From: Azolla caroliniana
Taxonomy: Eukaryota > Plantae > Polypodiophyta
Direction of reading: 5' to 3'
Assembly: GCA_043228905.1 (NCBI GenBank)
Contig: JBHGNT010000012.1
Coordinates: 20,460,001-20,524,000 of the forward strand
Length of the DNA stretch: 64,000 nucleotides
Numbering within the stretch: the first letter of the stretch is position 1; every line of letters starts with the position of its first letter. Below are positions 12,380 through 25,476 of this stretch, piece after piece. The notes beneath the pieces are model-generated. The model was not told where the DNA came from and made no database searches. It worked only from the letters and a program-made list of their open reading frames with translations. The translations under genes were made by a program, and so were the position numbers.

Positions 12380-13112
12380 TAAATCACACAAAAACTTGAT
12401 TTTAAGGGTATAGTTGTTGACAAACATACCCTTTTGTTGAACATCATTAAACTCTTGATAGCTTTGACGCTTGAGAGAGGTTGTGTAAACAGTATTCAGA
12501 TCTTCTTTAGTTTTTCAATTGTTCCCTTCAGCATCTTTGCATCCCTCATGTTGTCGAGTATATGATCTTAGATTCAAGCTGGGAGACAAACATTTCTCAC
12601 TGTTTGTTTCCATCCTAGATAGTTGGTATCAATTATGTCAGACATATTTTCGAGGTTTTCTTTGATATATCCCCAATACCCTTGACCAACAAGGTATTGG
12701 TGCATCTTGTACTTCCATGATGTGAAGGGTCAAGCTTCTCACAAGGGAGAGAGCTACCCATTTGTTGAAACATCTTGATATACATAATTTAGCCTTCTCT
12801 TCTTTTTTCACTTCTTCCAATACTCTCAACACATGAAATATGGTGGAGCTCCTCCACACGGGTGCCGTGAAGTTGCATTACACTAGAAATGATCAAGTAC
12901 TCGACATGTATGAGTCTACTCTTCTTGTACAACATCAAACACCACACACAAGAAGTGGATGGGCTATGATAACAAGGGAGTGAGTTGGATTTTAATGCAA
13001 TTCACACGCCGCTTGTGTGATCATACACATGTTGGATAGTTTAACCACATATGCATGCCCTCTACTTTTGGGATCATGTACACATTAGATAGTTGAGCTT
13101 GATATCTCAACA
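12380..13112 (-). mobile_element. Old degraded copia 5' part (LTR remnant plus gag N-terminus), related to the 6341-12369 family
   Basis: Minus strand starts TGTTGAGATATCAAGCTCAAC at 13112. Translated fragments WKYKMHQYLVGQGYWGYIK and QEFNDVQQKGMFVNNYTLKIKFLCD; the latter matches QELNNIQQRDMSIMTYTLKIKELCD of the + copy. Confidence 0.7.
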
Positions 13113-14206
13113 CGTCAACAATCACTTGTATACTTAGAGGCAAGTACAGGGATTTAGTTATTCTATACTACCATTATACAAACTACCTTAAAGAGCAAGA
13201 AAACATTAAATGTGATGGCACGTGTAAGGAAGTATTTTATTCAAATGTATACATTTTGCCCATCCTACACAAGAAAAAATCCCATTTCAAAACTTTTTGA
13301 CCATTATGAAATGGTATATATTGCTTTGTTTTCTTGTTGTATGCTTCAAACACAAATGGAAAATCCACTAATAAAGAATATCTTATTATCAATGAACAAT
13401 GAAGTTCTAATTGCTCGTTTTTAATCCCAAAGATATCAAACCAAAGAAATAACATGAAAAATACAATAAAAGCTAACGCAAAGAAATTTGTTGTGTGGAG
13501 ATTAAAGGTCATGTAGGGAAAATATGAGGAAAATGATTTCCACATTAGAATAAATGTGAGATCAGTCTTCAATACATAAGCTTAACATCATCTTAAAGAA
13601 TGACAAAGTTTGTGCTTGTAATGCCTTGACCATTGTTATTCCCGTACAATCAATTGTCATAAGGATCAATGGAATGAATGGTTTGATTTCGCATTATGTG
13701 GTTGTTAATTTGTAGGCAAATTCCTTTACAAAATCATTACAAGATTATCCTCTAGCCTCACGTAAAAGTCCAATTGCAATTGGTCATTTTGCACATAATC
13801 CAGCAATATTATAATCCTGTGTGCAAGATAGGTCCCTTCATATAGAGATTGGAGTATTGCTTACCCATGATGACAATCACTTGAAAGAGCCAAATGTCTC
13901 TGTTTTTGTAAATTATTAACCCCCCCTCAAAGTGAGACAGCACCATTGAGCTCAGTGCGGATAAAGTACAAAAACCTGAGATTCCAACAATGGAGAACAC
14001 TTGGACATCTAACTGAGGGTGTATGAAAGCTTGGAGAAAACTCCTTGACCACTCTCCAAGTTCCATGGGTCCAACCTCTTAGTACCATGAGGCCTTTCAC
14101 AACAATGCCAACTCAATGAGTGTGGATGTCTAAAGACTCCAAATTTGTCCTCTACACCATGTGGCAATACATACATATATGGTCAAGGATTTTTAAAAAA
14201 TGCAGT

Positions 14207-16141
14207 TTATATCACACTACTCGATGATGCATAAAGGTTAGAAAGAGAGATATATGAAGCAGCATTATTTGGAGCAAGCTCAACTAAATTTGCTGCAATC
14301 TTAACTCCACGGTCCACATCATCATGCATTCGGCATGCACCTAGCAAGCACGCCCATGCCATCACCTTCTTTTCTTTTGGGACCCAATTAACCACATCTT
14401 CAGCTTCATCTAGACGGCCAGCACGTCCAAGAAGGTCAATTATTGACAAGCTATGCTCTTCTTCTGTAGGCGATAACCCATTTATATGACCCCTAGATAG
14501 AAAAGAATGAAGACCACTCGTGATTTCCCCAGCATAGCTGCAAGCTGTGAGAACACTCCGGGATGTGACTTCATTTGGCACTATGCGTTGATCTTCCATC
14601 TTCCGGAACAAACCAATCGCCTCCTTTTCATACCCATTATGAGCATATGCCGCAATCATGGCGCTCCATGTGACCATATTCCGGCATCCATCTATCCTTT
14701 GGAATACCATCTCGGCATTGTATGGACTACCACATTTGCCATACATGTTGATGAGGGCAGTAGCTACAGTGATATCTCTATCATGTCTACTTTCAACAAT
14801 GGCTGAATGCAGGTTTTGGCCTTTGTCGAGAGCTGATAACTTACCACATGCATCGAGGACTGAAACAAAGATTGCGGCATCCGCATCAAGACCCCTGAGG
14901 TGATGCATCTGCTGGAAATATCTCAATGCTTCTTTATCATGCCCATTATGCATGCATGCAGTGATGATGGCACACCAAGAGATGGCATCTGGATGCATTA
15001 TCTCATGGAAATTTTCTTTTGCCAAACCAAGGGCTTCGCATTTTCCATACATCGTAATCATAGCTGTTTGCAAGATGATATTGCCGTGGAGACCACCAAG
15101 AACCACTCTAGAGTGCAACCTTCTTCCATCTTCAAGGTGTGATATGGTATTGCATGCATTGAGAACCGAGATATAAGTGGACACATCTGGACATATGCCC
15201 TCGAGTTGCATCTGGCAAAAGAAAGAAATGGCCTCTTCATTGCGGCCATTCGCTGCAAATATCGCGATGGCAGAGTTCCACGTTATCAGATTCTTATCCG
15301 GGATTTGAGCAAAAACCACCATTGCTCTCTCGAGGTCCCCACACTTTCCATACATATTAAAGAGGGAAGAACTCATAACAATGTCGTGTGAGTATCCACT
15401 GTCCAGCACAACAACATGAATTCGTTGGCCTTCTTTCAATTCTCGAATACAGGAACAGGCATCAATGGCACAAAGGCAAGTGATTTGGTCGGGGACAAAG
15501 CATGAATTCTTCATAAGATAATACAATTGAATGGCCTCGAGGCCATGGTTGTTATGAGTATATGCCACCATGATAGAGCTCCACGCGATCAAGTCCTTAT
15601 CTTGCATCAAATCAAATACTGTTCTCGCATCCTCCAGGGCACCACATCGACCATACATTTTCACAAGAGCTGTCGCTACGACAAGCTCATTTTCACACCG
15701 GACCGATTCCACGATTGCAGCTGCGTGGAGATTCCGACCCATCTCAAGAAGGACCCATTTCGCACACGCATTCACAATGCACACACACGTGTAGGAATTC
15801 ATCAACAATTCTTGTTTCTTTAGCATATGGGAGAAAGCATGGAAAACTTCATCGGCTTTCTCGGACTTCACACAGACATTGATGAATATATTCCATGAGT
15901 GTGTATTGGGATTCCGTATACTAGAAAAAGCTTCTTTTGCTTCTGAGAAGCTATGGCATGACCCATACATGTGTACTACAGAATTCATGAGAAACGTATT
16001 GTGTGCATATTTCTCTGATTTCGTGATAAAGGCATGGATGAGCTTACCTTGATGAAGGTTCTGAACTTTAGCGCAATGCTTGAGTTGAGACGCCATGGTT
16101 TCGATGGAAATAGGAGAGGCCCTGCTCCATTGTGTTGACAT
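14207..16141 (-). CDS. Pentatricopeptide repeat protein, PLS class with E-domain C-terminus and no DYW domain (probable organellar RNA-editing factor)
   Basis: 644-aa intronless ORF with repeated P-L-S triplets (MYGKCG, W.AII.A, PD..T...VL.AC). It ends in DLLGRAGRLDEA...WACLLGACRMH...ELAPNNAASYISLSNLYA. Confidence 0.95.
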   Translation of the reverse strand: MSTQWSRASPISIETMASQLKHCAKVQNLHQGKLIHAFITKSEKYAHNTFLMNSVVHMYGSCHSFSEAKEAFSSIRNPNTHSWNIFINVCVKSEKADEVFHAFSHMLKKQELLMNSYTCVCIVNACAKWVLLEMGRNLHAAAIVESVRCENELVVATALVKMYGRCGALEDARTVFDLMQDKDLIAWSSIMVAYTHNNHGLEAIQLYYLMKNSCFVPDQITCLCAIDACSCIRELKEGQRIHVVVLDSGYSHDIVMSSSLFNMYGKCGDLERAMVVFAQIPDKNLITWNSAIAIFAANGRNEEAISFFCQMQLEGICPDVSTYISVLNACNTISHLEDGRRLHSRVVLGGLHGNIILQTAMITMYGKCEALGLAKENFHEIMHPDAISWCAIITACMHNGHDKEALRYFQQMHHLRGLDADAAIFVSVLDACGKLSALDKGQNLHSAIVESRHDRDITVATALINMYGKCGSPYNAEMVFQRIDGCRNMVTWSAMIAAYAHNGYEKEAIGLFRKMEDQRIVPNEVTSRSVLTACSYAGEITSGLHSFLSRGHINGLSPTEEEHSLSIIDLLGRAGRLDEAEDVVNWVPKEKKVMAWACLLGACRMHDDVDRGVKIAANLVELAPNNAASYISLSNLYASSSSVI

Positions 16142-16729
16142 TCTCCCTCTCTCTCACTCTGTCTCTCAGATCGTCAGGAGAAATACTTCTTGAAAGAAGA
16201 ATAAAACCTTCTTTTCTTACTCAAATTCAAGAATGTTAATTGAATCCACCATTAGAATTTTACTGATGCCTTTTGAACATGACCATTTCACTCTCTCGGA
16301 TCCCAATCTGTATGGAACCGAAACAAATACTGCAGAAGAAGAAGAGTACACAGAAAGTGACAGATAATTTGAGAAGGGAGAAACAATCCCAATCGTGTGA
16401 TCACTCAAGCAACCCTGTACACGGTATCTCATACTAGGTAGCCTAGTTAAGATGGCTTCTCTTAGTGTCGCTGTGGAATTCATCACATATCTTTGGCTTC
16501 TTTCTTCTCTGTCTTTTCCTCTTTCTTCTTCTTCTTCTTCTTCTTCTTCTTCTCTGTGTGGAACCATAGCTTACGTTTTCTCAAGCTATGCCGATGGTCT
16601 AAGACAGGGGAATCCTTCCTCAAGATGAGAGTTTCTGTGTTTTTTAGGGTTTTTAGATGCCCAGAGAGGAGTGCAGAAGAGCAGGAAGAAGGAAGAAGAA
16701 GGGACTCTCTATTCTGGCTTTGGGTCATG

Positions 16730-17645
16730 TGCTTGGACCAATGGCAGCCCTCCACATCATCGGATTTGTCCGCCATGTGGCGCATAGTGATTTGCCCACG
16801 TGGCTCGCTCGTCACATTCAGAGATGCCCATGTACACTTGGACCAATGGCAGCCCAGCATCACAGGAATGACATGTGGCGGCAGGCAACAAGTGTCCCAC
16901 GTGGCTCACATGTCAACTTTCGAAGATGCTCGTACTGCTTGGACCAATGGTAGCTCTCCATGTCATCAGCGCCATCGCCTGCAATATAGGCAACAGTGTC
17001 ACACGTGGCTCACGTGTCAGCTTTCAGATATCATCGTATTGCTCAGACCAATGGTAGCTCTCCATGTCCATCAACATCATCACCCGCCCATGTGGCAAGC
17101 AATAGTGTCCCACGTGGCTCACATGTTAGCTTTTGGAGATGCTTGTATTGCTCAGACCAATGGTAGCTCTCCATGTTATTGGTACCATCACCTGCCATGT
17201 GGCAGCAACAGTTCCCCACGTGGCTCACATGTCAGCTTTCAGAGATGCTCATATTCCTTGGACCAATGGTAGCTCTCCATGTCATCAGCATCATCATCAT
17301 CGCTTGCCATGTGGCAGCAACAGTTCCCCCAAATGGTTCACATGTCAGGTTTCAGAGATGCTCATATTCCTTGGACCAATGATAGCTCTCCATGTCATCA
17401 GCATCATCGCCTGCCGTGTGGCAAGCAACATTGTCCCACGTGTTAGCTTTCGGAGATGCTCGTATTGCTTGGACCAATGGTAGCTCTCCCTTTCATCAAC
17501 ACCATCACCTGCCATGTGGCGGCAACAACTCCCCAGGTGGTCACATGTTAGCTTTAGAAGATGCTCATATTGCTTGGACCAATGGTAGCTACTCACGTCA
17601 TCGACACCATTGTCTACCATGTGGCACCAAGAGTTCCCCACATTA
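16730..17645. repeat. Degenerate ~105-bp minisatellite (9 units) carrying CCAAT and G-box (CACGTG) motifs
   Basis: GACCAAT anchor at 16736, 16841, 16942, 17046, 17155, 17261, 17374, 17472 and 17577. Confidence 0.9.
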
Positions 17646-17854
17646 GTTTTCAATATATGCATGTATGGTCACAAAGGTGTCTCTTTTAAGGGTTTCATTT
17701 GTCTGTGGTGTTTGTGAGTTTGTATGTCCTCCTTGATTGGAGGTTCTTTTTATGGGTTTGCATGATCGAACCAACACTCGTTGCCCTCCATTTCATCCCT
17801 TGAGTCCCCATCTTTTTATTCTCAAAAACTTGGAGTTTAGTCATTCTTCCTAAG

Positions 17855-18308
17855 TGTTAAGAGTCTATTACTAATCAATAGACCAAAATAAAGTAAAACA
17901 AAGGAAAAATGATTGGATAGAAGAACCTGTTCCACCCAACCACCCCCGAGCTATGATCAAGACATAGCCAACCTACCACTGACGTCCCATACCGTTGGAA
18001 AAGATAACACAATTGTCGAGACGAAAGCCTAGCCCGCGCACCACCGGTGTCTAATGCAACAACCTTCCGACATAATGTGCTTATGAGCTAAGCCTCATAT
18101 TTATACCTCTCCCTAAGCCCCTTGAATAAATGTGCCTTTCTAAAAGACTCTCCATTCATTGGTTGTCCAAATCATGATAGTGCATGCACCTATCATTCCT
18201 TGAACCTTCTATCTAATCACATTAGTCACTTTTTAGCATTAGTGAACATACCCTTCACTTATGTAAATATTAGTGACCTACCCTCACCTACATTATGTGT
18301 ACACAACA
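17855..18308 (-). mobile_element. Solo LTR with 5-bp target-site duplication
   Basis: TGTT...AACA termini, flanks CTAAG / CTAGG (1 mismatch), and an internal TATAAATA on the minus strand near 18100. Confidence 0.7.
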
Positions 18309-18929
18309 CTAGGTGAGACCAATAAGTTCACCATTGTTAGTCATAAGCAATGGACCTTTGTTCTCAATGTAATTCGTGGCCTTGTTCAACATTCAATGGT
18401 CGAGATAGTGGGTGTAACAAGTTTTAGGGTTGTCAAAACACTTGTTGTAGTGCAAGCGTAAAATCAATATGAACCGAAGCAAATTATAATGTTTTTTAAT
18501 CTATGCATTAAACATAGTGCTTTTGTTAATGTATGAAATATGAGTCATATTCTGGAACCCACTTACCAAAATAAGTAAAAACCCTTAGGAAAGCCTTGGT
18601 GAAGGGATTGACTTTACAATAAGTTCCCCCCTATACATCTGATTGCCAAAACATATGAGACGAATTTTCCTAACTATTCATTTGCTTTATACTAGGCCAA
18701 AATGTGAAACCTTCATTCCTCTACATGCATGTTCTTATGCTTTACACCATACTTTTGTAGAGAACTTTGTTGGAGTCTAGAAAGTTGAGTGTTTTGCATA
18801 TTTCAAGACATCGTGCACCCCTTTCAACCAATTTTAAATGCAATAATTTTCTAGTGAATTGCATATCTATTTTTTCTTGTTAGATTTAAATTCTACATTT
18901 ATCATGGCAACACCAAGCATTTACATTCA

Positions 18930-19965
18930 TAATTCATGCATGGAATAAAATGCATCATAATCAAGTGGGAATAAAGTATATGCAAACCATAAGGAGTACA
19001 TAGTAGGGTGGTGTGTTGTTGGATCTTTTACTTCCCATCTATTAATCCATTTCATAATGCCGAACTTGTCAATCACCCAACCAGATGAGAGGATTTTGCT
19101 CATATTAGTATTTTGTACCATGCAACCTATGTTCCAAGCTTGTTGAGGCAATCTATGATCAACCATATTCTTGACTTATGTGATATATTTGTATACTCTT
19201 TGCATGGCTAGTACCTCGATGGGCCAAGCATCTATTTCTAATAGCATGATAGAATAGGATGTTGAGGATTTTACACCAAATTGTCTATGTTAGAAAAAAA
19301 TTTGGATTCTATCTATTTCATTCCATGTACTATGTGAGATAGTGCCACATGCACTTCCACTCCATAAAGCAAAACTTGGACATCATTTAATGGAATAACA
19401 CCAATCTCACTTCTCATCCTCAAGTATCACTTTGGTTGCATTGATTCTCGAACATATAATAACTATTCTAACCCGCTTGAAGTCTAGACTCATAGCATAC
19501 ATTTCAACTATTTGTCGATGGGACATTATCACTAGTATATTTAAAGTGTTACACCACTTGTATTGGTTCTCCCTTGTATATAAGTGGGATAGTGTCTTAG
19601 GTGTGTGGCCTTTATTATATTGCCATCATTTTTCATTTGATCTACATTAATAGTTAGCCCATTGATTTGACAAAATGTATCCAATACATCAAGTATGTGT
19701 GGCATATCATCCAAATTAAACGAGAATAAAAGAACATCATCATATAGGAGTATAAAAATAAGTTCATGCATGAGTTTTGGGCACTCTTTGCTTGGCTCCC
19801 ATGTTGCTCAAAAAGTACTTTGAGAAACCATTATCCATTTTGCTTTGGCACCTTGCGTACTCATACAATCGTGCTACAATTGTTCTATGCACTAATGGCA
19901 TTTGATCTCTACCAGTTCACTCCTTGATATGGAATCAAAGGATTTCTTGATGTCCATAAAATAAC
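18930..19965 (-). mobile_element. Degraded non-LTR (LINE, RTE-like) reverse transcriptase fragment
   Basis: Fragments FMDIKKSFDSISR and ILLYDDVLLFS...LDVLDTFCQINGLTINVDQMK resemble LINE RT motifs. KILSSGWVID resembles KILSSDWVVD of the LINE at 35280-35639. Confidence 0.7.
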
Positions 19966-19969
19966 ATAG

Positions 19970-20370
19970 CGTTGAGAGAGAGAGAGAGAGAGAGAGAGAA
20001 TATATACTATGTGATAAAGAGGTTTGAAAGTTGAGCTTTGAACACAAGGCTTATAATTAATAGTCTAATTTACCATTGGGGTAAACTAATCATAACAAGA
20101 GACAAGAGAGAGGGTTTATTTATATAGGATTACTTTCTCACTAGATTGCAAATGTTTTCTCATTATCATCACAATTTAGCTAGGATATAAAAGATATTGT
20201 ATGTCAATGGGAGTTGCAAGCTTATAGCAAGTGTGTGAGAGGCTTGTAATGCTCATCCATGCACACACCACATGTGTGATCACACATATGTTATAAATCA
20301 AAGCCACACACATGCACCTACTAGTTGTGAGTTCACATAGACATTGGACATTGAGCTTGATTGCTCAACA
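19970..20370 (-). mobile_element. Degraded copia-family LTR
   Basis: Minus strand begins TGTTGAGCAATCAAGCTCAA, the same terminus as the LTRs at 12000, 13112 and 49770, and has a (TC)n tract near its end. Confidence 0.55.
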
Positions 20371-20879
20371 TAATGAGGTACCAAAATTTCTTGCAACACC
20401 AACTCCTCAACCAACATGGAGGTCACCATTTTTTGAGGACCCACACTTCAAAGTAAAGTTCTTTATGTGCATATCAATCCAACTTTAGGAGGAGCTCCTT
20501 TAGCAAGAAATTACAATGCTCTTTACTAGATGATAGTGCACATGCAAATAAAGAGAACGCTTTGTGGCATGAGACAACCAATGTGTTGATCACATGAAGA
20601 GTAATGGATTTTATGAGGAATACTTCATTAAGTAATGGCTACCATGATGCCTTAACCGTTTTCGTACCATGTGTTAAACTCCATTCTCAATGAAATATTG
20701 GAGAATAGAGATCTATGGTTGTGAGTGAAAAAACATTGGTTTACAATACCAAAAACTCTATGAGCAATCACATGCATAGACATATTCAATATTGCAGCTC
20801 TCCCTAAGTGTGTATAGTTTCTAGATGGTTCCATGAAATCCATGTGTTCCTCATCTTATCCCTCTTTCTCTACAACAAA

Positions 20880-21250
20880 TATCAAAGAGGTTAATAATGG
20901 AATGCAAGTCGTTCTTGGACCACAGTAACAATGAAAAAAACAATCATCGTAGGCTTTATAATACATTCCACGACTTTTAGGCCTCACATGCAGCATGCAA
21001 TGGCCAAGATTGTGACTTTCAAATTTCAATACATGAACTTATCCCTCGACTTGCTTGTCATCCATTCAACTAATTGCCCATTTCTAAGATTAACTCCCAA
21101 TGGATATCCCAAGTGTTTAAAAGTAGATCCTTTTATAACCATAGATCCTTGCCATCCCAAACATTCAAAATTAAAACTCTTAGTACATGAGATGAGGTTA
21201 GATCTACTCCAATCCATACATAATCTGGACGGTAAGGTTATTGGTTTTAT
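20880..21250 (-). mobile_element. L1-type LINE ORF2 fragment, homologous to 22800-23100 but in the opposite orientation
   Basis: DWSRSNLISC...LGWQGS...HLGYPLGVN...QLVEWMTSKSRDKFMY vs NWRKSH...LGW*GS...HYPLGIDV..QLIDWIGSKLRDKFMY. Confidence 0.75.
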
Positions 21251-21572
21251 ATGTCCATCCCCTCCTCAATAATCTAACAATAGGCATAACATAAACATGA
21301 AAGAATCATCATGCCAAAAGCTCGTGCTATGAGTTGCCCTCTAAGTGGAAGGTGTGGACTCACAACATCACAAACACATACAGAGGCAAAGACAAAGACA
21401 CAAAGACAAAGAACTAGCACAAACGCGCGCGCGCACACACACAACAGAGGCAGAGGCAGAGGCAGAGGCAGAGGCAAAGGCAAAGACAAAGTCACAAACG
21501 CAAACATCAAACATCAAACACAAACAATATACACATACAACAAACACAAGACACAAACAAACAGACAAACAC

Positions 21573-21707
21573 CATAGTTCTAGCCATACATCCCATTTGT
21601 GTCATACTCAAACGTCAATATTCGCATCATACTCATTCGTGAAAAGGCTCCAAGTATGATTGAAATCCATACACGGTACATAGATATATACATATGGTGT
21701 ACATTGT

Positions 21708-21765
<58 letters not shown>

Positions 21766-22105
21766 CCTTGTTTTGCATGTGTGAGGAGATAGTGGTTGAG
21801 TGTATATCTAGACTCTAGAGAGAGAGAGAGGAGCTATGGGTTTTGTCTATGTGAGGGAGTGTGTAATATGTATATTAGATATCTAGATTTTGTAGAGAGA
21901 GAAGATATGTCAGTTCTCGTGAGAGAGAGAGAGAGTGTGTGTGTGTCAGACGTCACTTCTAATCACAAAGAATTATGAATATCAAAAATTAAAAAAACCC
22001 AAAAAAGAAGAAGAAGCCAAACGAATATCGCGTATCATACGCGTACGTTTGCAAACGTTCGCGTACGTCTAGTAAATTGGACATACGCGAATATTATGAA
22101 CTATG
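21573..22105. mobile_element. hAT-type MITE (TIR CATAGTTC, 8-bp TSD)
   Basis: Termini CATAGTTC...GAACTATG, flanks ACAAACAC / ACAACCAC. Internal (TG)n(AG)n and CG-rich subterminal motifs. Confidence 0.7.
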
Positions 22106-22200
22106 ACAACCACACACACACACACGTACAACAAGCACACATACAACAGAGTCACAAACAATAGAGACATATTGATACACACACACACATAGAGAAATAT

Positions 22201-24180
22201 ATTTCATTGATGGGATGGTTGTACAAAGTGTTTGCAAATATATTATCCAACTGACTTAAAAAGTTCTTACCTCAACTTATTCATCCATCTCAATATGGTT
22301 TTATTACAGGTAGAAATATATTGCATAATATTTTGAATGTTCAAATGGCTACCGATTATGCTCGACATACACATCAAGAAATGGTTATGGTGCAATTAGA
22401 TTTGGAAAAATCATATGATCATGTTAATTGGTCTTTCCTCTCAGGTGTGATGTATAATATGGGGTTTGGTCCTTGTATGTGTCGACTTATCTTTTTGCTA
22501 GGGCAAAATGCAACCTCCCATGTGATGCTTAATGGCAGAGTCACTCCGAAAGTGTTTCTTACTAGATCCGTGCAGCAAGGATGTCCACTAAGCCCATTGT
22601 TATTTGCTATTGTTACACATCCTTTGTTAGTAATGTTGTCAAATCTTGCGGCTAGTGGTGATATTATGGGTTTGCATCTTCCTTCTGGTGGACAAATGGT
22701 GGCACAAGAATTGGTTGATGATTCTTTTATGTTTTTACAAGCCTCAAAAGAAAATCTTAAAAGGAGTATGCAAGTTTAGGATCAATTTGCTTTGGCTTTA
22801 GGGTTGTATATAAATTGGAGGAAGTCTCACATTGTGCGGAGAGTGATTTGGAAGGTTTGGGATGGTGAGGGTCAGTGATTACACGAGGTTCAATTTATCA
22901 ACATTATCCATTGGGCATTGATGTTACAAATGTTCAATTGATTGATTGGATTGGTAGTAAATTGAGGGACAAATTTATGTATTGAAAGTCTCAATTATGG
23001 CCCTTTCATGTATGACTCAAAGTGTTGTAATGTATCTTGATACCCATGTTATTATGTTATTATATTTTTTGCCTTTACTTCCTTGGACTAAGAAGGCATT
23101 ACAAAACATGTTACAACCTATTCGGTTCATGTTGTGGCGAAAGGAAGAAATGATGGAGTTACATGGATTTCATGGGACCATTTGGCTACGCCTAAAAGGT
23201 TAGGTGGTGCAACAATATTTGATTTGGAACGACATTTGTTGGCTCATAGATTTGCATTATTACGAGATATATGTCAACAAGATCAACCATGGATATCTAT
23301 GATGCAATGTTTTATTGAGCATGAAGGATTGGTGCATGGGAAAACAAAGATTCAAGCATCATGGTGGTCACTACTCAATGGAAGTATTCCTCTAAAGATT
23401 CGACATTCCGTATGTGGACAACATTTGGTAAGATCGTGGCAAGATGCATTATCTCTTTTTGAATGGGGACCATCAAGTGATCGAGAATATTGTAATTCAT
23501 TACAAAATGAATTGCTTGTTTCTTCTCGAGTGTTGCTTTGGCATGGGAAAGAGAAGTTGAGATCTCAATTCAATCGTTTATTTCGATGATTAGGGATTGT
23601 ACATTTGGAAGATGTGGTTGATAATGAATCTCAAAGGTTGTCGGATTTTAAAGATGCCAAGAGATGGTTATGTATTCCCCCAAATTATGGATTTATTTGG
23701 GAGAAATTACATGATATACCATTGTTGCAAGGATCTTTGCCATTGAAAACCAAATTTGCACCTTGGGTAGATTGGCGGTTACAAGATGGTACACGCTTGT
23801 TACAGGTCACTACAAATATATTGTATCATCATGCGATGGCATCATTATCTTGGATATCTCCTAAAGCAACGAAGTTGTGGAATGTATATAAGACAAATGC
23901 AAGGTGGTGGAAAATATTACAACGTGGTTGGCATTCCCATCTACCATTTTGTGCAAAGGTATTCATATGGAGAGACATGATTGGTGGGCGCCCATTAGGT
24001 TCGGCCTTAAAAGAGACGAGGACTAGGGTCTGGCGCTTGTTTTTCTTTTGCACCGTTCCATTGGAGGATAGTACACATAGGTTCATTAAATGTCCGATAT
24101 AACTAGCGTGTACCATTTGGAAGTACTTATCGGACATTTGGTAAGTTCTGACCCGTTGTTGTTTGAGACCTCAACGATGG
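22201..24180 (+). mobile_element. L1-clade LINE ORF2 (RT plus zf-RVT), 5'-truncated, defective
   Basis: YKVFANIL...IHPSQYGFITGRNILHN, QLDLEKSYDHVNWSFL, QQGCPLSPLLF, ISWDHLATPKRLGG, and the zf-RVT-like KVFIWR...FCTVPLEDSTHRFIKCP. Multiple stops and frameshifts. Confidence 0.9.
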
Positions 24181-24545
24181 GTTTCAAAATGGATGAAATG
24201 ATGAGATGGGAGATATAATTGATATAATTGTGTGCTTTTACCAAAAAGAGAAGAAGAAGAAAGTTGAGTATTAGTAAGTAAAATTCGTGTTCGTTTAGCA
24301 TAACATTCGTTTTCCTACGTTGGAAAACGAATGCGAATGGTTTTCAAACATTCTTGTGTTTTTGGTTTTGTTTTTCCCCATTTTTTTAAATGTTTTTTTT
24401 TTCTCCATTTTTTAGGTTTATTTACCTCATAATAAATAGTTAATCCAAAAGTATGGTATTTATCATTCTTGGAGGGTGTTTTTTCGTACGCGAATGATTT
24501 AATCATTCGGGAATGCGAATGCACGTATGATTCATACTATGGAAG

Positions 24546-24582
<37 letters not shown>

Positions 24583-24651
24583 GAGAGAAACAGAGAGACG
24601 CAGAAAAGCAAGAAACGCAGGAGCAGAAACGCAGAAGCAAGAGAAGGCGCC

Positions 24652-25437
24652 ATGGATACCACCGCCGCCGCCGCAGAGGTGGAGGCGTCGTCTTCCATGG
24701 CCCCCCCCTCATCGCAGAGCGCATGGTCTGACGATGACTATGAAGGGAACGACTCCTCTGATCAGGCCAGAGGTCATCAGCATAGCTACCATCACCATCA
24801 CCATCACCAGAGTAATAATCCCCACAACCACCACCACAATCACCATCATCATCATCACCACCACCAAAATCACCATCAGAAGAGAGCGAGAAGCATGTCC
24901 TCAGAGATGGGGGTAGGAGAAAGAGAAAGGGAAATGAGGGAAAGAAGTTCCTCTTCTGTTGTTTTGCCCCCCTTCAGCATGGAGCAGAGCTCTGATGATC
25001 CGTACGAATTCCACCATGGATCCAGGTCTAGCAATAGTGGAATAGGAGGAGGAGGCGGAGGAGGAGGGAATTGCATACAAAAACAGAGCAATAGTAATGG
25101 CATGAAAGGAACCAGTTCTTTCTCAGGAGAGACGACAACGATGACGGTTGCAGAGTCGTCCCCAGCAGTGTGCTCTTCTTCTTCTGCTTCTTCGAAAGGC
25201 AAAGGAACCGGAAGCATATTTTTCAAGACGAAATTGTGTTGTAAATTCCGCGCAGGCACGTGCCCTTACAACTCCAATTGTAATTTCGCTCATGGGATGG
25301 AGGAGCTACGCAAACCACCGCCCGGATGGGAGGAAATGGTGGCTGCCCAAGAGGCCGAACGAGCATCGCGGGGTCAAGGTCAATCCCAAAGTGAATGTCA
25401 AGGTCCAACCCAGGGTCCACCCCAAGGCCAAGGCCAA

Positions 25438-25476
<39 letters not shown>

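Noticed and set aside
16493-17662. 259-aa and overlapping ORFs
   Set aside because: Arise from (TTC)n and the 105-bp minisatellite. No protein motif, and indels shift frames between units.
21274-21659. RGRGRG / AEAEAE ORFs
   Set aside because: (GCAGAG)n and CA-rich simple repeats.
20880-24180. Inverted L1 pieces as a twin-priming 5' inversion
   Set aside because: Both pieces cover the same ORF2 region and are clearly diverged, so they are independent copies.
24469-24651. N-terminal extension of the CCCH ORF
   Set aside because: Starts at TTG and runs through (GA)n. ATG 24652 in GCCATGG context is the likely start.
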